DNA of 64,000 nucleotides from Kiritimatiellia bacterium (GTDB lineage Bacteria > Verrucomicrobiota > Kiritimatiellia > JAAZAB01). The stretch spans positions 32,001 to 96,000 of the forward strand of contig JAXGPF010000013.1 of NCBI GenBank assembly GCA_040767085.1. The letters run 5' to 3'. The notes beneath the pieces are model-generated. The model saw only the letters and a list, made by a program, of their open reading frames with translations. It searched no databases and had not been told where the DNA came from. The translations under genes and the position numbers were made by a program. Below are positions 38,810 through 47,410 of this stretch, in pieces (the first letter of the stretch is position 1; each line of letters opens with the position of its first letter).

Positions 38810-40042
38810 ATGCATGAACTGAAACTGGCGCTGCAGACCAGCCATGCCGACGGGCGTTACCACCGCGGCGAGCCGATAATTTTTCATCCGGAACTGTCGG
38901 ATGGCGGGATGGTCCAGCGCGCCGGGATCGTGGATTACAAGATTTTTCATGACGATGATACCCCGGCAGCTTCCGGCAGCGTGGATTTGGCGGACGGGCC
39001 GCCGGCCATTACCGCGGCGCTGAACGAGCCGGGATTTGTCCAATGCCAGGCGGTCTTGCGGCAGCCGCCGGATGCCGCGCCGGTCTGCGCCGCCCTGGGC
39101 GCCGCCGTGGAGCCGGAAGCCATCCGCCCGGCGCGGGAGCGTCCGGACGATTTTGACGCGTTCTGGCAGGCGCGCCTGGCGGAATTGGCGAAGGTGCCGG
39201 CGGAAGCCAGCCTCCAGGCGATTGCCTGCGATTATCTCATGTTTTACGACATCCGGGTTAAATGCGCCGGCGCGCCGGTGGCCGGATATTACGCCAAGCC
39301 TTGCGCGCCGGAGGGCAAACTGCCGGCATTCATCCATTTTCAGGGCGCGGGGGTCAAGTCGGCGTATCCGGATGTGCCATTGATCTGGGCGTCACGCGGT
39401 TGCCTGGCGCTCTGCATCAATGCGCATGGTTTGCCGAACGGGCAGCCGGCGGAGTTTTACCAGGACCTGGCGGTGGGCGCGCTGGCGGATTACCGGGTCC
39501 ATGGGCTGGAAGATCCGCGCGCATATTACATGCTGGGCATGTTCCTGCGCGTCAAGCGCGCCATAGATTTCATGACTGCCCAGCCGGAATGGGACGGGCG
39601 GCACCTGGTGCTGCACGGTCACAGCCAAGGCGCTTTCCAGGCGATTGCCGGCGCCTACCTGGACGCGCGCGCGACGGCGCTGGCCGCCGGCGTGCCGGCC
39701 GGCAGCGGCTTGCACGGCTCCGCCGGCGGGCATGGCGCGGGCTGGCCCAAGATAGCCGCCGCCGCCAACGCACCGGGGCGCGACCGGGGCAAAATCATGG
39801 CCGCGGCGTCTTATTTCGACAATGCCAATTTCCTGGCGGGAGTGAATTGTCCGGCGATTTTCAGCGTCGGCTGGATTGACGGAACCTGCCGGCCGGCGGG
39901 GATTTACGCCGCCATCAACAATTTCAAGGGCCCCAAGACCATACTGGACCGGCCCGCCATGACCCACAGCGCGCCGGCCGACATCCGCGCGGAGTTCGCG
40001 GCATTCACGGCCGCGCATTTGGAACTTAAGCCGGGGCTGTGA
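38810..40042 (+). CDS. Acetylxylan esterase/cephalosporin-C deacetylase family (CE7-like)
   Basis: RPDDFDAFW, GHSQGA, DGTCRP, C-terminal His. Confidence 0.85.
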   Translation: MHELKLALQTSHADGRYHRGEPIIFHPELSDGGMVQRAGIVDYKIFHDDDTPAASGSVDLADGPPAITAALNEPGFVQCQAVLRQPPDAAPVCAALGAAVEPEAIRPARERPDDFDAFWQARLAELAKVPAEASLQAIACDYLMFYDIRVKCAGAPVAGYYAKPCAPEGKLPAFIHFQGAGVKSAYPDVPLIWASRGCLALCINAHGLPNGQPAEFYQDLAVGALADYRVHGLEDPRAYYMLGMFLRVKRAIDFMTAQPEWDGRHLVLHGHSQGAFQAIAGAYLDARATALAAGVPAGSGLHGSAGGHGAGWPKIAAAANAPGRDRGKIMAAASYFDNANFLAGVNCPAIFSVGWIDGTCRPAGIYAAINNFKGPKTILDRPAMTHSAPADIRAEFAAFTAAHLELKPGL

Positions 40043-40043
40043 A

Positions 40044-41210
40044 TTACAGCTTGCCGCTGGCGGCTTCCTTGATCAGGTTCAGTCCGATGACTTCCCGCTG
40101 GATCTGGTTGGTGCCTTCGTAAATCTGGGTGATCTTGGCGTCGCGCATCATTTTCTCGACGGGGTATTCCTTCATGTAGCCATACCCGCCCAGAATCTGC
40201 ACGGCATCGGTGGTGACGCGCATGGCGGTGTCGGAGGCGAACAGCTTGCACATGGCGGAGATTTTGCTGACATCCTTGGCGCCGGCGTCAATAAACCGGG
40301 CCGCCTGGTAAACCAGGGCCCGCGCGGCTTCCACCTGAGTAGCCATATCGGCGAGCATGAATTGCACGCCCTGGAACGAGCAGATTGGCTTGCCGAACTG
40401 GCGGCGCTGGCGGCTGTATTGCACGGCTTCTTCCAGCGCGCCGGCGGCGATGCCCAGGGCCTGGGCCGCTACGCCGGGGCGGGACATGTCGAAGGTTTTC
40501 ATGGCGACGAGGAAGCCCATGCCTTCCCGGGCGAGCAGGTTTTCCGCCGGCACGCGGCAATCCTGGAAGACCAGTTCGCGGGTGGCCGAGGCGCGGATGC
40601 CCATCTTGTTTTCCTTTTTGCCGAAGGTGAAGCCCGGGGTGCCCTTTTCCACGATGAAGGCGCTGGCGCCGCGCGCGCCCTTGGCCTTATTGGTCTTGGC
40701 GACGACGGTGTAAATCTCGGCCTCGCCGCCGTTGGTGATCCATTGCTTGGTGCCGTTCAGCACGTAAAAATCGCCGTCGCGCACGGCGGTGGTGGCGATG
40801 GCGCCGGCGTCGCTGCCGGCATTGGCCTCGGTCAGGCCGAAGGCGCCCAGCGCCTCGCCCTTGGTAATCCGCGGAAGGTACTTGGATTTCTGCTGCTCAT
40901 TGCCGAACAGCACGATGGGGAAAATGCCCAGGGCGGTGGCGGCCAGGCTCAGGGCGATCCCGCTGCAGACCTTGGACAATTCCTCCACGCAGACGGTCAA
41001 GTCCATGACGCCGCCGCCCATGCCGCCGTATTTTTCCTCGATGTAAAGCCCGCACAAGTCGGCTTGCGCGAAGATCTTGAGCATTTCCTTGGGAAATTCG
41101 TTGGCTTCGTCGAAATGTTCGCGGATCGGCTTGATTTTCTCGATGGCCACTTGGCGGCAGACGTCCTTGATCATTTGCTGCTGTTCAGTTAATCCGTAAT
41201 CCATGGCCAT
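40044..41210 (-). CDS. Acyl-CoA dehydrogenase (short-chain/butyryl-CoA type)
   Basis: FGLTEANAGSD, NGTKQWITNG, KMGIRAS, QILGGYGY, IYEGTNQIQR. Confidence 0.95.
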   Translation of the reverse strand: MAMDYGLTEQQQMIKDVCRQVAIEKIKPIREHFDEANEFPKEMLKIFAQADLCGLYIEEKYGGMGGGVMDLTVCVEELSKVCSGIALSLAATALGIFPIVLFGNEQQKSKYLPRITKGEALGAFGLTEANAGSDAGAIATTAVRDGDFYVLNGTKQWITNGGEAEIYTVVAKTNKAKGARGASAFIVEKGTPGFTFGKKENKMGIRASATRELVFQDCRVPAENLLAREGMGFLVAMKTFDMSRPGVAAQALGIAAGALEEAVQYSRQRRQFGKPICSFQGVQFMLADMATQVEAARALVYQAARFIDAGAKDVSKISAMCKLFASDTAMRVTTDAVQILGGYGYMKEYPVEKMMRDAKITQIYEGTNQIQREVIGLNLIKEAASGKL

Positions 41211-41302
41211 CTCCTGTATTGGTTGCCTTTCCGCTCATCCCTGCCGGCAAACCATCCCTGCCGGGCGGGTCGGTTTGTTTTTTTACCCGCATTGAAGCCA
41301 GT

Positions 41303-41330
41303 ATTGTATGTTTTTGGCCGACGATGTCAA
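41303..41330 (-). promoter_or_regulatory. Putative promoter of acyl-CoA dehydrogenase
   Basis: Minus strand TTGACA-16 nt-TACAAT. Confidence 0.55.
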
Positions 41331-41431
41331 ACCCGGATTCGGGACGATGTTTTTTTTTGGTTATGCATTGATGTTTTTTACGGGGGGAGTAGAATAGAGT
41401 GTTGAATTTTTGTTGCCGATGGAAATCAGTC

Positions 41432-44400
41432 ATGCTCCCTTTCACACGTAAGATGTTGATGGATTGGGCGGGCCCGGCGGTGTTTCACCAGGGGCGGGTG
41501 TTGTTTGAAAAAGGGCTGGTGATGGAGGCGGAGTACCGCCATCCGCTGGCGCGCGGCACGATCCGTTACGGGCAGGGCACCATCACCTGCCGCTTCAAGC
41601 TCCTGCCTAATGGCGCCTCCGAGAATCAATGCCCCTGTTACGACAGCCAGCAGCGTTGGATCACCTGCGCGCACGTGGTGGCCACTGGATTGGAATTGCT
41701 GAAGCAGGATGCCCGGCGCGAATGGGTCAACGGCGCGCCGCCGCCGGCCCACGCGCCGCCCGGCCGGCCTTACCTGTGCCGGGAGCCGCCGGGAGCGGAT
41801 GGCGCCGCGCCGGCGCGCTTGCAGCTCCAGATGCCGGAAGACTGGGTGGCACACTGGCATCGGACCGGCCGCGTGCCCGTGGCCTGCCTGGTGGAATATG
41901 CCGGCCGGACGCAGGCGGCGGATGCCGTGCCCACGGATTTGCCGCTGGCGTTTGCGCCCCAGGACGAGGCGGTTTTGTTTGTCTGGGAGGATATCGCCGG
42001 CGGCCCGGCGCCGGGCCGGATGGACCTGGCGGCCGCCGATTTAATTAACTTGCTGGCCCTGCATGCCGGCCGGCACTTGCTGCATGGCGCGGCAGGCCAG
42101 CCTGTGCCGGTCATGAACGCCCGGGTGGAGACGCGCGCCAGCGTCAGTTTGGATTGGCATACGGGCGAGTTGCATTTAAGCTTGCGCGGCGACATACCCG
42201 GCGGCCGTCCGGCCGCCGCGCCGGATGGCGCCGTTTACCTGGTGGCGGGCCGGGCGGGGTGGGTTTGGCAGGATGGCGCTTTCTGGCCCCTGGCATCGGT
42301 GTTGCCGCCGCCGTTGCAGCCGATTTACCAGGGCGCGGTGCGGATCGAACGCCCGGCGGTGCCGCGCTGTCTGCAGGTGGAACTGGATTTGATCGCCCGG
42401 CATATTCCGCTGGATTTGGATTTTGACAGGAATCTTTTCGCGATCGTGCCGGCGTCGCCGCGCTACCGTTTGACCGTGCGGGGCAGCCTGGCCTCGCTTT
42501 CCGCCGCCTTGAACGCGGAGTATGGGGACATCTCGCTCGTGGCCGGCAAGCCGGACCCGGCCGGGTACTTCGCCCTGCCGGATCCGGAAAATATCCTGGG
42601 CTATGCCGTGCGCAACCTGGAGGATGAAAAGCGCGCCCTGGAGCGCCTGGCGGAGTTTGGCCTGCGGGGCGACTGCGGCGATGCGCTCTCGCCGCTTGCC
42701 GGTCTGCGCGAGGTGCGCAATTTTCTGGGCGGCGTTCTGCCGGCCTTGCGGCGGATCGGTTGGCGCGTGGATTTTGCCGGCAGCATCGCCGGCTTCATTG
42801 AGCAGGCGGAATTCGCCATGCCGGTGGTGCATATTCATGACGAACCCGGCGCGGACTGGTTCGAAGTGGCGCTGGAATACGAGGATGGCCGCGGCAACCG
42901 CCTTCCGCCGGCGGAAATTCAACGGGCGCTGTTGAAGGGCGATGCCGGGTTGGAATACGCCGGACGGCTGATCCTGCTCGATACCGGCGCAATCGAAGCT
43001 GTGAACGAAATCTTCCGCGATTGCGCCAGCCGCGACGGCGCCCGGCCCGGCGCTTTCCGGTTGGCCGGCGTCTATACCGCCTATGTTAAAACCGCCCTGG
43101 CGGCGCTGGATGGGATTGATATCGAAGCGCCGCCGGGCTGGGCGGCGCGCGCGGACGTCCAGAACCGCGTGCAACCGCCGCCGCCGCTGCAATTGGCGCC
43201 GGCCCTGGACGGCCTCCTCCGGCCTTACCAGAAGGAGGGTGTGAACTGGCTGCGTTTCCTGGAGCAATGCCTGTTCAGCGGCATCCTGGCCGATGACATG
43301 GGGCTGGGCAAAACCCTGCAGGCCCTGGCCTGGTTCAGCCTGGCGCGCCTGCATCCGCCGACGCGCGGCAAGCCCTCCCTGGTGATCTGCCCCACCAGCC
43401 TGGTGGAGAACTGGGAGGCGGAAGCCCGGCGGTTTACGCCCGGCTTGCGCACCCTGGTCATCAACGGCGCCGACCGGCACGCGCATTGGGGGGATGTGCC
43501 CGCCTGCGACCTGGTGATCACTTCCTACGCCCTGTTGCGCCGCGATGTGGAACAATACCTGGAATACGAATTCGCGGTGATTGCGCTGGACGAGGCGCAG
43601 CATATCAAGAACCGCTCCACCCAGAATGCCATGGCGGCCAAACGCCTGCGCAGCATGCACCGCCTGGTGCTGACCGGCACGCCGATCGAAAACAGCATTG
43701 CCGATTTGTGGTCTATCATGGACTTCCTCATGCCGGGCTACCTGGGCTCTTACGAGTCGTTTCGCCGGCATTACGAATTGCCCGCCGCCCAGCCCGGGCC
43801 GGAGGCCGCGCAGGCGCAACTGCAGTTGCGCCGCAAGCTGCATCCCTTTGTCCTGCGCCGGTTGAAGCGGGAAGTCGCCCGCGAATTGCCGCCGAAGATC
43901 GAGCGGCTGGCGCTCTGCACCCTGACGCGCGACCAGCAGCAGGTGTATGATGAATTTCTCGCAAACTCGCGCCGCCGGCTTTTCACCATGGTCACCGCCC
44001 AGGGGTTCCAGCGCGCGCGCATGGAAATTTTGAAGACCCTGCTGCGTTTGCGGCAGGTGTGCTGCCACCTGGACCTGGTCAAACTGCCGGACGCCCCCAG
44101 CGGTCAACCGTCGGCCAAGCTGGAACTGTTCATGGAACTGCTGGACGAGGCCGTGGACGGCGGCCACCGCGTCCTGGTCTTCAGCCAGTTCACCTCGATG
44201 CTGGCGATTCTGCGCCGCCGGCTGGATGAATGCCGGATGCCTTTCAGCTACCTGGACGGGTTGACCAAGGACCGGCTGCGGGTGGTGAACGAGTTCAATG
44301 CCCGCCGGGATATTCCTGTGTTTCTGATGAGCTTGAAGGCCGGCGGCACGGGCTTGAACCTGACCGGGGCCGATATGGTGATCCATTTCGATCCCTGGTG

Positions 44401-44617
44401 GAATCCGGCGGTGGAGGCTCAGGCCACGGACCGCGCGCACCGCATCGGCCAGGAACGCACCGTTTACATGGTCAAACTGATCACCCGCGGCACGGTGGAG
44501 GAAAAAGTGCTGGCCATGCAGAAACGCAAACAGGCCGTGATTGACGCCACTCTGCAATCCGGCGCCGATTTCGCCGGCAAACTCACCTGGGAGGATGTCC
44601 AGGAATTGCTGGCGTGA
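41432..44617 (+). CDS. SWIM zinc finger-SNF2 family helicase
   Basis: CPC...CAH SWIM, LADDMGLGKT, DEAQ, LTGTPIEN, FDPWWNP, DRAHRIGQ. Confidence 0.94.
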   Translation: MLPFTRKMLMDWAGPAVFHQGRVLFEKGLVMEAEYRHPLARGTIRYGQGTITCRFKLLPNGASENQCPCYDSQQRWITCAHVVATGLELLKQDARREWVNGAPPPAHAPPGRPYLCREPPGADGAAPARLQLQMPEDWVAHWHRTGRVPVACLVEYAGRTQAADAVPTDLPLAFAPQDEAVLFVWEDIAGGPAPGRMDLAAADLINLLALHAGRHLLHGAAGQPVPVMNARVETRASVSLDWHTGELHLSLRGDIPGGRPAAAPDGAVYLVAGRAGWVWQDGAFWPLASVLPPPLQPIYQGAVRIERPAVPRCLQVELDLIARHIPLDLDFDRNLFAIVPASPRYRLTVRGSLASLSAALNAEYGDISLVAGKPDPAGYFALPDPENILGYAVRNLEDEKRALERLAEFGLRGDCGDALSPLAGLREVRNFLGGVLPALRRIGWRVDFAGSIAGFIEQAEFAMPVVHIHDEPGADWFEVALEYEDGRGNRLPPAEIQRALLKGDAGLEYAGRLILLDTGAIEAVNEIFRDCASRDGARPGAFRLAGVYTAYVKTALAALDGIDIEAPPGWAARADVQNRVQPPPPLQLAPALDGLLRPYQKEGVNWLRFLEQCLFSGILADDMGLGKTLQALAWFSLARLHPPTRGKPSLVICPTSLVENWEAEARRFTPGLRTLVINGADRHAHWGDVPACDLVITSYALLRRDVEQYLEYEFAVIALDEAQHIKNRSTQNAMAAKRLRSMHRLVLTGTPIENSIADLWSIMDFLMPGYLGSYESFRRHYELPAAQPGPEAAQAQLQLRRKLHPFVLRRLKREVARELPPKIERLALCTLTRDQQQVYDEFLANSRRRLFTMVTAQGFQRARMEILKTLLRLRQVCCHLDLVKLPDAPSGQPSAKLELFMELLDEAVDGGHRVLVFSQFTSMLAILRRRLDECRMPFSYLDGLTKDRLRVVNEFNARRDIPVFLMSLKAGGTGLNLTGADMVIHFDPWWNPAVEAQATDRAHRIGQERTVYMVKLITRGTVEEKVLAMQKRKQAVIDATLQSGADFAGKLTWEDVQELLA

Positions 44618-44636
44618 CGCGCCGAACTCCCTCTTC

Positions 44637-44716
44637 CCCGTTCACGTACCCGTCCCCGTCCTCGTACACGTTCACGTGCCCGGCAGAACGAGATCGTGAA
44701 CGGGAACGGGTACGGA
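44637..44716. repeat. Hexamer tandem repeat with inverted arm between convergent genes
   Basis: CNCGTN x7 (44637-44678), then reverse-complement-like NACGNG x5 (44687-44716). Confidence 0.8.
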
Positions 44717-44721
44717 TCAAT

Positions 44722-47084
44722 TCAAGGGACGTATCCGGACGGCATTATGCCTTCCATGTACAGCATGCTGGATAGCAGGATATGCCATTTGCCGGTCAGT
44801 TCGTCCAGGAACAGCGGATCGTCTATGCCATCCAGGTCATAATCCGCCCCGCCGGGCTTGGTCAGGATGCCGGCGAAGTCCGGGATGATCCAGTCGGTGT
44901 AACCGGCGCCGGATAATTTCACAACCATCCGATGCAGGTATTGGTTGAAAATCGCCGGGTCGTCCAATCCGTCGCCGTCAAAATCGGCGATCACCGGCTG
45001 GTAATTCGGTCCGCCGAAACCAACCAGCGAGACGGACGCGTAGCCGCTGCCGGAGAGCATGATCTGCCACCCGCCGTTGGCAGCGGCATAGATGGCCAGG
45101 TCAGCCTTGCCGTCGGCGTCGAAATTGCCGGTCACGGGCGTCCGGGCCAGGCCGCCGAATCCCGGCAGTGTGGTTATATTGTAGCCGCTGCCGGAAAGCA
45201 TGACCTGCCATTCGCCATTAATTCTATGATACAGCGCCGGATCGGCCATGCCATCGCCGTCAAAGTCGCCCGGCACAGGCAAATAAGCCGGGCCGCCAAA
45301 TCCGGACATGGAGGCGACGGAGTAATTATTGGCGGAGAGCATGGCCTGCCAGGAGGCCGATGCGGGGTGGTAAAGCACGGCATCGGCCTTGCCATCGCCG
45401 TCATAATCGCCCGGGAGCGGGCACCAGCCCAGTCCGCCGAATTGGGCGGTGGCCACGGCGTAGCCGCTGGCGGACAGCCGCGCCGCCCAGAACCCGGTGG
45501 ATTCCACGTACAGGGCCGGATCGGCATGGCCGTCGCCATCATAGTCGTCCCACAGCGGGAACACCCGGTTGGCCGTGACGATTTCCACCAGGGTGGTCTG
45601 GGCCGGCAAGGCGTACCAGCCGAAAGCTTTCGGCGCGCAGACGGCTAAATTGAGGATCGAGTCCGGCAGGGTGCCTTGAGGACGGTAAATTTTGCGGTAA
45701 CGACAGTTGCCGCGCCCACTGGCAGCGGCCCGATGTTTCCCCAGGATGCGGCCGAGCCCGAGCCGGTTTTCGCCGGCGGGAAAGCGCCCTGGATATCCTG
45801 CGAGTACTCCAGGTAAGCCGGGTTATAAAACACATCCAGGCGCACGGGATTCAAGGGAGCATAACCGGTGTTGGCCACGCCGATGAGGCAGGTGAGGGTT
45901 TCGCCCACCAGCGGGATCTGCCCGATCGGTACAGCCGCCGCCTGCACGGCATACGCCGGTTTGCGGGCAAAGGCGACCCCGGCGGGAATGAACTGCCGGA
46001 TATCCATGTAGGTGACGCTGTAATCCGTCAAATCAACCAGCGAGATGAGATTGGTGCCGCCGCTTATGGTGGGATTGCCGGCGAGGGCCGTTTTGCCGTC
46101 CGGCGAGACTTCCAGGGTATCCACGCCGAACAACTGGGAAGTGCCTTCCGCCGCCAGAATCGCCACGCCTTCGCCGGCCATCTCCGCGTGACCTGGTCCG
46201 AGAATCCGCACCCAGGAGAGCATGTTAAATCCGTGTTCCTCGGAAAGATTGGTGTTTATGCCGTTTTGCAGGATGTACGCCTTGTCGCTGGCGGGGGAAA
46301 ACGCGACGGACTGGCCGCCGAACGGTATGTTGGAACAGATGATGAGCGGCGTGACGCCGGGCACAACCACCCCCGGGGACCGGATTTCATACACGTTGAA
46401 CTGGTTGGTGCCGGCATTGGCGGTGATGACCGTCTTGCCGTCGGGCGAGATGGACACATTGACCGGCCGGTTGGTTACTCCGGTGGTGGATGATAATGTG
46501 GGTAGAAATGTATCCGAGACCAGGCCGGTCGGCGTGAGTTTACCGTATAAAATGCCGCCATTAAAATAATCCGCCATGATGACCGTTTGGTTGTCCGGCG
46601 CGACTACGACCGCGTTGGCGTACCCGGAAGTCACGTAGTGGGTGATACAAGTGGTGAACGACGCCAGGTTGATTATGCCCAGGTTGGGCGAGAAGCCGCC
46701 GTCGGTCACCAGCGCATACTTGCCGTCGGGCGTGATGGCGATGTCTTCGGTAAAGAAGTTGGCCGTGACGTTGCCGGTGACAATCGGCCGGGCGGGATCG
46801 GAGATATCCACGCGGTAGATAGTGGAGTCGCCGAAATTCGAGATCAGCGCGGTCTCGCCGTCCGGCGTAATGGCAACGTCGAACAAGCCGCCGCCAAAAC
46901 TGCCCATCTGGCCGCATAAAAACGGGCCATGCACGGTCGGTGTGGCCGTGCTGAAATCCAGCGTGCAGATTTGATTGCTGGGCGAGTCAAGCACCACGGC
47001 CCAGGGCGCCGCCAGCGCACAGGCGGCCCAGATTGTCAAACCGCAAAGTACCGCAGATCGAACCGTTCCGCGTAGCGATTGCAT
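44722..47084 (-). pseudogene. Secreted beta-propeller + DUF11-like + FG-GAP repeat protein split by a 1-nt frameshift near 45675 (true lesion or sequencing error)
   Basis: ORF 45645-47084 (signal peptide, DVAITPDG repeats) joins ORF 44722-45609 (six DYDGDG repeats) via FTVLK-GTLPDSILNLAV if one base is added. Confidence 0.75.
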
Positions 47085-47410
47085 ACCACCCTCCCTTGTT
47101 GGAGATTAACCCTGCTCCCCGACGATCATGCCCCACGCACTTCTAACTGCCGTAAGTATTCTCAAATCTCAAATTATTGTTTTCAATTCGCCTTATACTC
47201 TTTTCCTTGCAATATACAACAGAAAAAATATTGCAAAATTTTCAGGGCGCTGGGACAGAATTTGCTTGCATTGTAAGCTGTCATATTGGAAAATTCGCAA
47301 ATGAAGGCTCATAGCGCCGTCAGGGCGCCGCGATACGTTTTCGCGCCGGCGCCTTGTGGTGGAAGTTGTTGTTTTGGTTTGACTTGCAAACTCCGGTTTT
47401 TTGATCAGCC

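Noticed and set aside
42176-44557. Long antisense ORFs (e.g. 793 aa here; also 16346-18121, 26778-28502, 35282-36922)
   Set aside because: Shadow frames of well-supported genes, expected at high GC; no recognisable motifs
41432-44617. SNF2 helicase as part of a defence island
   Set aside because: Standard SWIM-SNF2 architecture with no methylase or nuclease neighbours
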